From the NCBI GenBank assembly GCA_013416795.1, contig RQSC01000029.1:6458-70457 (forward strand): a stretch of 64,000 bases of DNA. The letters run 5' to 3'. Positions 47,193-56,411 of the stretch are shown one piece after another. The notes below the pieces were generated by a model. That model saw nothing but the letters and a program-made list of their open reading frames with translations. It was not told the origin of the DNA and ran no database searches. This DNA comes from Prasinococcaceae sp. CCMP 1430 (taxonomy: Eukaryota > Plantae > Prasinodermophyta). Made by a program: the position numbers and the translations under genes. Position 1 is the first letter of the stretch, and every line of letters begins with the position of its first letter.

Positions 47193-48614
47193 TCACGCCT
47201 TAGGCACTGATTCCTTGATGGCGTTTGCGAGTGCCGTCGCTGCTGCGGGGTTCTTGCACTTGACGCAGAACATCCTAGCCACGGGTGGCGCAGCAGCGGC
47301 CTCCGCGTCCGCCTTGGCTTGCTCGTCGGCGTTGTCCTTCAGCTCTGGCTCGACAGCCACCATCAGCGTCACCTAGAGCACACACAAGTCGGCGGCATGC
47401 GTCAGCACTGATCGGCATCAAAGCACACACAGATACAGCACCTGGCCCTTCCCTGACCCTCAACTCTCCACCCTCACTCCGTGATGATGATGAGGGTCAT
47501 GATTGGGGTCGTGATGAGCACCGCGTCGCGAGGATGGCAAACGCGCCCATATTCGAGCTCGCGCACGCACCAACACATTGTTCTTGGCCGGCTTTGGGTC
47601 CACTCCAGCGTGCAGCGCCGCGTTGAGTCGCACGGTGCCAAGCGAACCAGTGGTGAGCAGCACGCGCGGCTTGGATTCCTTGGTGCCCGCCGAGCTGCCG
47701 ACCTGGCGGCACACCTTGAAGGTGCCCGCGCCGCCCTTCTCCCGCCACGCATCCGATGCCTTCTCTTTGGTGTACACCTTGACCTTCATCTCGTATACAG
47801 CCTCCTCGCCATCCGCCAGCCCCGCGCTGCCCGCGATGGAGGGCGATGGCGGCTCGTCTGGCGCCTCCTCACCGTCTGCACCAGCAGCAGCGGCCGCCGG
47901 CGCTGGCGCCGGCGCTGCTGCCGCATTGCCAAAGAGGCTGACAGGCGCCCCCGCGGCAGGTGCTGCTCCCGGCGCGGCGCTGCCAAATCCACCGAAGGCA
48001 CCAAAGGGGCTGTCCGCCGGAGGGGCGGGCGCCGGTGGGAAGAGCGATGCGGGCTTGCTCTCGTCATCGCCGGGCGGCGCCGGCGAGTCGAGGAACGATT
48101 TGGGCTTTGGCAAGAGTGTGCTGCCTGGTTTGGGCAGCATCATCCCGCCCGATCCACCGGCGGGCGATGCGCCTGCGAGTGTTGCGGCTGACTCATTGGC
48201 GGGTGATGCACCGCGCGCGGCGCTGGGCACGGCGGACGTACCCGCGGCCACTCCGCCGAGGGCCTTCGAGACGCCGTGCTCCTCGGCGAGCTCCTCCGTG
48301 TAGCGCACATAGTCGCGCGCACCGGCTGCAAGGGATGCGGGCGGCAGCGAGGGCGAGACGTTGGCAGTCACCCAGTCGAGGAACTGCGCGTTGAGCTCGC
48401 CCAGAGCTTTGGCATACGCCCCCCCCCCCGCGCCCCCCGCGCCGTTTGCAGCAGGCTTTGGAGCCACAGGCATGGCGGCCGCCGCCCCGAAGCCCGCGAA
48501 TGGGTTCGCCGCTCCCCCGCCGCTGCCGCCGCCCGATGCGAACGGGTTGGCGCCCCGGCGGCCGCGCGACCCCGTGCCATTCAACGGAAGCCAAATTGAT
48601 GGTACAGAGTTCAA
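47193..48614 (-). CDS. NUP50: NUP50-like nucleoporin (NUP50 helix, FG/NPF motifs, RanBP1-type domain), intron 47570-47373; start unresolved
   Basis: KALGELNAQFLDWV...DYVRY, PFGAFGGFG and SLFG, and Ran-binding-domain-like VKVYTKE...WREKG..GTFKV...RVLL..G.LGTVRLNA. Confidence 0.75.
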
Positions 48615-48634
48615 TTTACACTATGTACTACAAA

Positions 48635-50008
48635 TCAGGCAGGCAGGAGTCGGTCCGTTTCATCGTCCGCATCGTTGCCAGCAGCGGCGTCGTCCCCAGT
48701 GCCGTCCCGGAGGCTGACCTCGACGAGGTCCGCGCCTTCGTCGGCGCCGCCTCCCGCGGCGAGCGCGCTGGCGCCACCGCCCTTCCATGCGCCGGCACCG
48801 CGCGCGCGCCCGCCGCCGCCCTCGGCGGCCACCGACGCGTCCAGATCCACGAGCTGAAGTCCGCTGCGACAGCGCCGCGCTGCGCCCGCCTCCGCTCGCT
48901 TCCGCCGCCGGTCGGAGCTCACAATGACCAGCCCGACGCCCACGAGCGTCACGCCGCAGCCGACCACGCTGTACACGCCCGGAATGGAAGCGACGCCAAT
49001 CTCGTAGCCCACCAGCGCCTGCGGCAGTGGCAGTACCATGAGCGCCACCGACACGACGATGGGCGGAAGGCGCTGGACGGCCCCGATCACACACGCGTGG
49101 CCGACCGCGGCCGCCACAGCTATTGTAGCCAGGCAAGGGAACAAGAAGTCGCTCGAGGGCCACTGCAAAAGGCCGAGGCTTTTGCCGTCCCCTGCAAAGC
49201 TGGCGTTCGCCGAGAGCAGCGGGAAGGTCAACAAAGTGATGGGCACCATGAAGACGTGCGCTGCACCCATGACGAGCAGAGGGGGGACCTCAGACAATTG
49301 CCACTTTGACCAGACCATGTACATGGCGTAGAGGCACGCGTTTCCCAGCGCAGCCATGTCCCCTTTGAGCGTCACCGGCGTTCCCGCCAGGCTGTTGTGC
49401 GCCTCCCCTCCGCCGTCAGAGCCGCAAGAAGCGCATTGAGCGCTCGCCGCCGCATCCTCAGCGTGCGAGGAGCCCAGCGCGGAAGCGATGGCCAGGCCCA
49501 CCACCGCCGCCACTGACCCCGCGACTTCGCCCGCAGATGGCGGTTCGGCCGGCACGCTACCGCCGACGGCTTCCACTGCGCGCCTCACCCGCGCCGAGTG
49601 GCGCGTTGCCAGCCACAGCGCACCCTCGCCCGACACCACGAACCACGGCACGAGCTGCGCGAGCACGGTCGCGTGCACGAAGCTGGTCGTGCTGATGCAG
49701 TAGTTCCATGCCATGAAAGAGAGCAGGAAGAGCATCGCACAAACAAACACCCGCCAGCCGACCCCCGGAGCGAGCGCAGCAGCGCGTCCCTCGTCGCCCG
49801 CCAGAACCCACGCGACTGGGCACAGCGCCGCGACGTACAGGGCCGCCGACGCCTGAATGCGCCAGCTCGTGCGCAAGAGCGGGTCCACATCCACCACCTT
49901 GAAGCACGGAGCGGCCACGCTGAAGACGCCCACGACAGTCGCGAGGCACACGAGGCCCACCGCGCGCCGGCGCGCGCCGGCATCGCCACCGCCCGCGCCC
50001 CCGACCAT
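48635..50008 (-). CDS. EamA/DMT-family membrane transporter
   Basis: About 10 hydrophobic helices, WRIQ, TTSFVHATVLAQLVP, GDMAAL and Y.VVGCGVTLVGV. Confidence 0.8.
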   Translation of the reverse strand: MVGGAGGGDAGARRRAVGLVCLATVVGVFSVAAPCFKVVDVDPLLRTSWRIQASAALYVAALCPVAWVLAGDEGRAAALAPGVGWRVFVCAMLFLLSFMAWNYCISTTSFVHATVLAQLVPWFVVSGEGALWLATRHSARVRRAVEAVGGSVPAEPPSAGEVAGSVAAVVGLAIASALGSSHAEDAAASAQCASCGSDGGGEAHNSLAGTPVTLKGDMAALGNACLYAMYMVWSKWQLSEVPPLLVMGAAHVFMVPITLLTFPLLSANASFAGDGKSLGLLQWPSSDFLFPCLATIAVAAAVGHACVIGAVQRLPPIVVSVALMVLPLPQALVGYEIGVASIPGVYSVVGCGVTLVGVGLVIVSSDRRRKRAEAGAARRCRSGLQLVDLDASVAAEGGGGRARGAGAWKGGGASALAAGGGADEGADLVEVSLRDGTGDDAAAGNDADDETDRLLPA

Positions 50009-50102
50009 CGCCGCGCGCCCGACCCGNNNNNNNNNNNNNNNNNNNNNNNNNNNNNNNNNNNNNNNNNNNNNNNNNNNNNNNNNNNNNNNNNNNNNNNNNN
50101 NN

Positions 50103-50740
50103 CGGCGCTCGCGCTCGGCGGCGGCCGCGCGGCGCGCACGGCGTACTACGAGCCGCAAGCGCTCGCGCCGAGCGCGGCGTACGAGCTGCGTGTGTCGTGG
50201 CCGGGGACGGTGAGGGCGCCTTGGCGACCGAGAGGTCGAGCGACGGCGTGCGCGAGCGCGAGCTCGAGCGCGAGCTCGCGGTGACTAAGCGCGCTGCCGC
50301 TGCCGAGCGCTCGTCTGACGCCCGCGCCACCTCCCCGCCTCGCTCTGTAGGTGCCGGTGCGATGGGAGCTGTCGCTCGCGTTCGTGGACGCGGCAGGCAC
50401 GGTGCGCCCCCTACCTGCGGCACGCCATCGAAGGGCGCTGCTCGACGCTGAGAAGCTCATCTTCCGAACTGACGCCGCCGCGCGCGTCGAGGGCTTGCCC
50501 GCTGCCGCCGCCGCTCCGCTTGTGGCCGTCACCGCGACGCGGTACGGGGTGCGGCCACTCGGCGACGCACCTGCCCCTGACGAGGTCGAGTATGCAGTCG
50601 CACTCGAGCGCGTGCTACTAGGCGTGCTGCCGACCTCCACGCTCCCCACCATCGCCGTCGCCGCCGCTCTCGCGTGCGCGTGCTATGTGCTCGCAGCGGA
50701 GCTCGCGCGGCGAGCGCCTGGCGAGCGCAAGGCCATGTAG
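50103..50740 (+). CDS. Uncharacterised small membrane protein resembling a conserved plant protein; 5' end in the N gap, one intron
   Basis: YELRVSWPG, then RRALLDAEKLIFRT, LERVLLGVLP and a C-terminal TM segment. The resemblance is from memory and is unverified. Confidence 0.55.
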
Positions 50741-50916
50741 ATCGCCAGCACCTTCGTGAGCGTCCGCGGCAGACCATCGAGGCGGGCCCTAATATTCACT
50801 AGCCCGTAGAGCCGTGTGCGCACCTGTACAAGTCAAATGCAAAGAATTACCTCGTGCGCATACCGCCTGCTTGCGTTCGCGATGGCGCGAGCGCACGCGG
50901 AGCCGCGCACGCGTGC

Positions 50917-52082
50917 TCAGTGGTGCTTCAGAAGGTTGCCCGCGCGCTTGACGGCGTCTGGCATCTCCAAGAGCCCTGCTTTGTATGCCCACATCGCCGC
51001 GCGGTCCATAAAAGCCTGCGGGCCGTCGAGGGAGGGACGGAGGTCGATGTGGATGGCCGCGGCCTGGCCAGGCAGCGCCGGCGCGTTGTAGAAGTCCACC
51101 ACGTAGCGCACGTCCGTGCCACAGCGGTCGACCACCTGCGATTTTTCATGTCCCAGCGGGATGCGTGCGCGCAGCCGCGGTGCGAGTCAGACGTGCACGC
51201 GCGCCGCGCGTGGGGGCGAGGGCAGGGGGGTGGCAGGGCCGAGCTGCACTCACCCAGTCGTGCCTGTCGAAGGGGGCCGAATAGCCCATTGCCATGAGGA
51301 AGCGCGCGCGGGGGCTGAGTTTCTTGGCATCGCCCGAGAAGCTCTTGAGGCGCACGCGGCGCGACCCGCAGTCGCCCTCGTGCAGCGCTTCCCACTCGAG
51401 CACCTGACCCCACGCGCGCTCGTTCACCGCGTTGTGGATGGCCACCACCGAGGGCATATCCTGCTCCTGTGGGTCCCAGCCCTTGCGCTTCATTGCGTTG
51501 AAGAACATCTGCTGCGAGGGATACATCCAGCGCGAGTGGCCCTCCGGCTGGTGCACGGGGCCCTCAGCAGTGTTGCGTTTGATGGACGACATTTCACGCC
51601 GCGTCGAGAGCGGCAACGTTTGTCCTGCATGCTGCTGCTGATCACCCGCGGGCATCATGTTGAGCGGGTTGACGCCGCCCACAGGCGAGCTGGCGCTCGG
51701 ACATGCGTCTGCGCCGCCTGCGCGCGTGCAGAGAATGCGCGGTCACATGCGTCAGCAGCTCCAGGGCGGATGGCCGGCGTGTCGGGCGGGCGCAGGCGCG
51801 TCGTCGCGCCGCGCGCGCACCTGCTGCCGCCCCGCACCCCGGAGGCGCGCCCGCGCTGGCGCCGGCGCTGCTCGCGTCGCCCTCGTGGTCGACGGGGCAC
51901 GACCAGCCCATCCATACTGACACGCCGTGCACCGCCTCCACAACAGGCCGCGGCACCACCCTCAGGAAGCCTTCCGCCTGTTGCTCCCTCTGGTGCCGTT
52001 GTCGCTGCTGCTGTGAGGCCTGCTCCTGCTCCTGCGTCCGCGCCTGTGCCTGCGCCTGTGGCGGCGGACCCGCCCCGCCCAT
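50917..52082 (-). CDS. HCCS: Holocytochrome c synthase (cytochrome c heme lyase), about 3 exons
   Basis: CP heme-regulatory motifs (CPVDH, ACPS), WMYPSQQMFFNAMKRKG, IHNAVNERAW, LSPRAR, PFDRHDW spliced to VVDRCG..VRYVVDFY, and DLRPSLD. Confidence 0.95.
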
Positions 52083-52665
52083 CCTCGCTCGGCGCTGTGC
52101 GGCGGCGGCGCTCGCTGCGCTGCGCTGCGCTGCGCTGCGCGGCGGGGCGGGGCTCGTGCGGGGCGGAGCTCGTGCGGCGCGCGAGCAGCAGCGCCAGCGG
52201 CGAGCTGCGACGGACAGGGCCCTTGGGTGGAGGCTTGAGTGGGGAGAGGTCGGAGTGGGAAGGGGAGGGGGAAGGGGCGCGGACGCGCGCCGTGTGGCCC
52301 CCCTGCGGCGGTGGCTGCCGGCGGCCAGATTTTTTTTCCTCCGATGCGCATTTTCGCGGATTTTTCGGTCCGAATTTCTCCCCCTCAGTTTTTTTTTTTT
52401 CGTCCATCCATCTCCAACTCTTTAGTACTGCTGACGTCTTCGAAACCCATATCAAAACGAAAGCGATTGGGGGCGCGGGCCGACCAGGCTGCGCGCGACC
52501 GAAGCGGCGGCGACGCGGCGCGCGAGCGAAGCCGACGCCCTCCGCGGCAATACTGCGCTTGCGCGCGCGAATCCGAAGTGCGCGGCGAGGCGCTGCCCGG
52601 CAGGGGTCTGCGCTGCCCGGCGCTGCGCGGCGCGACGCGGCGCGCTGGCGCGCCCGCGGGGTGTC

Positions 52666-53369
52666 ATGGCGTCGGCGGAGACCGAGACAGAGCCCATGAC
52701 CGAGACAGAGCGCATCAAGGCCGAGGTCACGAAAGCATTCGCGCTCTTCCAGGCGCACGAGTCATCGCCTGAAGTGGATGAGCGCGAGGTGCCTACCATT
52801 CTGGCCAGCCTCGGTCTTAACCTCACGCAAGAGATGCTGCGCGACTTCGTCAACGAGGTGCGCGGCGAGGACTCGACAACCGGCCTCCTTTCGTTCGACC
52901 GCTTCGCCAAGGCGGCAACTCGTGTGCTGCTCGAGCACAGGCAGGGCGAAGCCGCGCGTGACTCGGAGGAGAAGCTGCTCAGGGCGTTCAAGGTGCGCGA
53001 GCGTGCGATACAGCACGCGCACGAGCGCGTGTGCTTGCGGATGCGCACGTGCGGCGTGTGCTCTCCGGAGGCGTTCGTGCACTCGCGCCTGCGCGGTGGA
53101 CCGTGTCTCTGACGTTGGGCGCCTCGCGCCCACGCGTCGGGCTTTTCCACCCCGGCGTGCCGCAGGCGTTCGACCCTGAGGGTAAAGGTTACATCGAGGG
53201 CAGCTTCCTGAAGAACCTGCTGCAAACACGCGGCGACGCGTTCCGCGACGACGAGGCTGACGCGATGGTCGCCGCGGCGATGGACGCCGAGTCCGGCCGC
53301 ATCTACTACGAGGACTTCGCCGAGCTGCTCGCCAACGACGGCCGGCGGTCATTGGATGGCTCGGCATGA
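52666..53369 (+). CDS. DRC8: EF-hand protein EFCAB2/DRC8-like (dynein regulatory complex subunit 8), intron 52993-53165
   Basis: AFALF..VDEREVPTILASLG, SEEKLLRAFK spliced to AFDPEGKGYI, L.T.GD.F..DE...M..AA.D.ESG.IYYEDF. Confidence 0.8.
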
Positions 53370-53932
53370 GAGCGCCGCGGCTGAGAGAGACCCTCCCTGG
53401 CGCGGCGCTCGCGCTCACACCCTGTCCCCCCCCGCCGCCCCGATCCCCCGCCCCGCCCCCGCGCCCCGCCCTGCCTTCCTGAAACGGGCCTCGGCGGTCG
53501 GTTATTCAGTCAGGGAAAAAAAAAACGCTCGATTGTTGATATTTCTTCGGGTCTGTCCGGGATACCGCTTCCTTCCCAGGTCACCTTCGGGCGCACCGGG
53601 ATCGCTCCCGGCCGAGCGGGCGCGGCACCCGGGTCGCGCCCCGTTGCGCGTGCGCACGTCGAGAGGTCGAAACGCATGCGCCTCGGGCCCGGGGCCTGAA
53701 TGCGGGACACACACGCACCACATGTTGAGTCATATTGCACTTTTGCACGTGTTGACGTCGAATGTTTGCGAGGGGGGCGCCGCCGCGCCACACCGCACGC
53801 GCGCCCGGACGCGCCCCCGCGCGGCAGCGATGGAGGGGGACCCGCCGGCAGCGGGGGCGAAGCCGCCGNAGCTCGCCGAGATGGGCATGGCCGGCGCGGC
53901 GGGGGGCGGGCGGCGGCGGACGGCGTAGGGCC

Positions 53933-56308
53933 ATGGCAGGCCTTGGAGAGACGTCGGTGGCGGCGCCCTCGCGCGATGTGAGCAAGCGCGCCGCCGCCGA
54001 GGTGGCCTCTGCGCTCGGCCCTACCGCGGCTGCACAGGCGAAGCGCGCTGCCTCGGAGGTGGCGGCAGCGCTCGCCACTGCTGGGAAGGCCGCGCCGCAC
54101 GAGGCCGCCAACGGCACAGGGGACGAGGCCGACGTGCACGCGCGCATGGCCGAGCGCTGCCGCAAGCAGGCGGACGAGCTCAAGGCGACCACGGGAAAGG
54201 CGAAGGGTTCGGGCAAGAAGCGCGCGTCGATGCCGCTGCGCACAGGCGACGAGGTCGCAGTCAAGGCGTACTGGTTCGACGGCCCAGGAGAGCTCCGCGT
54301 GAGGGACCGCTGGAGCTATCAGACGTTCGGCGCCAAGTGGTACACCGCTGAGTGCATCGGCGTTGTGCGCGCCCGCGACAAGAACCCCCCGCGCGGTGGT
54401 GATAAGAAGGAGACGTGGTGGTCCATCGAGTTCGATTCGATGGACGGCACCGGCGCCACCGAGACGCACTCTTTCAAGAGGAGGGACATCCGCCTCGTGA
54501 AGGCCGTGCCGCGTGTGGTGGTGCCCCCGCCGGCCAAGGATCCCAAGGCGAAGGCCGTGCCGCGTGTGGTGGAACCATCATCTGCCAAGGAGCCCAAGAC
54601 TGACAAGGGCGAGGTGGGCGAGGGTCTCAGCAAGCCTCGCGGAAGGCCGCGAAAGAGCGTGTCGCGGCAGGTCGCTGGGTCCACCAAGCAGGCGCATGGG
54701 GGTACGAGGAGCTCCGCAAATGGCGATGGTGCGGCCGGCGGCTCAGCGCGGGACGGGGCCGACGCGGGATGCGCGAGCACACGCGGCGACGCGAAGCGAC
54801 GGCGAGGTGTAGCCAAGGGCAGCGAGGCCGCGCCACCGGGCGCCGCGCCACCGGGCGCCGGCGGCTCGCGCGGCTGGTTTCTTGACGCGCGGGCGCCGCC
54901 CGTCCCTGTAGCAAGTGTCAACCTGGCGGCTGTGCCCGAGGTCGAGAGGGTGTGCCTGCGCGATGTCGACTTTCGCCAACGCGCACTCAATTGCATGGCG
55001 AATGGCGGGGGCTGCGAGCACTGTGGGCGCATGCTCTCCGAGCGCTGGAAGTCGCGCCACGGGGTCGCCCACCAGCTCTGCTCCGAGTGTGGCCTGTACA
55101 AGCACCGCCATGGCGGCTCGCTGGATGCGCGGGCGTTGCACGCAAACCTGCCCAGGGCGCCCGCAACCTCCGACCGCGAGCATGAGGGAGCGCCCGCGGA
55201 GCAAGTGCCGCATGGCTGTGGGGTGTGGAGTCCGCAGCAAGAGCAGCAGCGATGGCAACATGGCCATGACTTGGACATTGACCACGTTGAAGGCCCCGGG
55301 GAGGCCGAGCTGGCCGCGCTCTGCAAGGGCGACGATGACGGCGACGATAGGGATGATGTGCGTGCCGAGCAGCAGCTGTACAGGCAGCGGCTGCTGCAAT
55401 GCACGCGCGAGGTCCCGCGCTCATTCGAAACGCTGAGGAGAAGAGCTCACGAGGAGCTCTACCTTCGGTTGCGACAGAAGGGGCACGCAAAGATCGCGCG
55501 TTCACCAGCCAGCAGAGGGCCCAGCACTGCAGCGGGTGCGGTGCGGCCTTCCCCGTCGCCGGCCACGCCCCTGGAGTCGCCTTGCGTCAACGTCTCGACG
55601 GGCGCAGGCGATGACTGCAAGAGCACGGACGCAGATCCGACACCCGTGGGCTCAGCGCAGCTTGTGGTGCCAGATAGCAACGAGAGGGAGGCCCCGCCAA
55701 CCACCAGCCTGCCCACGCGCGGCGATGCCCGTATAAGCGGATCGCCGGCAGATCGGTCGCCGCCGCAGCTAAAGCAGGAGGAGGTGTCACCCTCGAGGAG
55801 ACTCCTACAGCAAGCAGTGGCCCTCTCCCACCGGGCGCGAGCGAATGTGATCGAGCTGGCCAAAGGGGTGAGCAGTATGGCGAAGGAGGTCGGCGGCGGC
55901 GGCGAGGTGGGCATGGCCGCCAAGAGTGGCGTGGCCGTTGCGACGATTGAGAAGATGGAAACAAATCGCAAAGACCCGCGCTCGAACTCTTTGGCACCAG
56001 CACGCAGGGCAGATGCCGCGCTCAAGGACCTGAAGGGCAAGGTGACCAAGAACAAGACATCCGGCGGGCTGGAAGGTTTGAAAATGCGAAAGTCCGGCCC
56101 TTCTCTGAGCCCTCCTCTCAGGCTCACCTCCTCCTCCGGAGCGGGGGGTGCGCGGAAGGTGTCCACCAAGGGCAAGCCGCTCGACGTGCCAGTCGGGGCT
56201 TACGCGCACGTGCTCGCGCCTCCTGTCCGTGGCATGAGCAATGGCAAGCGCGCTTTCAGCGCCGCAATGCGCCTCGTTGCGAAGCTCGGGTCGCCCGAAG
56301 TGAAGTGA
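53933..56308 (+). CDS. Putative chromatin or transcription protein with an SH3/Tudor-like N-terminal region, AT-hook and degenerate GATA-type zinc finger
   Basis: KPRGRPRK and C-x2-C-x18-C-x2-C (CEHC...LCSECGLY) in a long open frame. Confidence 0.7.
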   Translation: MAGLGETSVAAPSRDVSKRAAAEVASALGPTAAAQAKRAASEVAAALATAGKAAPHEAANGTGDEADVHARMAERCRKQADELKATTGKAKGSGKKRASMPLRTGDEVAVKAYWFDGPGELRVRDRWSYQTFGAKWYTAECIGVVRARDKNPPRGGDKKETWWSIEFDSMDGTGATETHSFKRRDIRLVKAVPRVVVPPPAKDPKAKAVPRVVEPSSAKEPKTDKGEVGEGLSKPRGRPRKSVSRQVAGSTKQAHGGTRSSANGDGAAGGSARDGADAGCASTRGDAKRRRGVAKGSEAAPPGAAPPGAGGSRGWFLDARAPPVPVASVNLAAVPEVERVCLRDVDFRQRALNCMANGGGCEHCGRMLSERWKSRHGVAHQLCSECGLYKHRHGGSLDARALHANLPRAPATSDREHEGAPAEQVPHGCGVWSPQQEQQRWQHGHDLDIDHVEGPGEAELAALCKGDDDGDDRDDVRAEQQLYRQRLLQCTREVPRSFETLRRRAHEELYLRLRQKGHAKIARSPASRGPSTAAGAVRPSPSPATPLESPCVNVSTGAGDDCKSTDADPTPVGSAQLVVPDSNEREAPPTTSLPTRGDARISGSPADRSPPQLKQEEVSPSRRLLQQAVALSHRARANVIELAKGVSSMAKEVGGGGEVGMAAKSGVAVATIEKMETNRKDPRSNSLAPARRADAALKDLKGKVTKNKTSGGLEGLKMRKSGPSLSPPLRLTSSSGAGGARKVSTKGKPLDVPVGAYAHVLAPPVRGMSNGKRAFSAAMRLVAKLGSPEVK

Positions 56309-56411
56309 TTACGCTGGTCCGAAGTGATTGATAATATGGCATGAGCGCGAGCACTTCTGCCACTCCATTTAATGACGCACTGTTGACGCACACCTCGCCT
56401 GCTCGAGAGTA

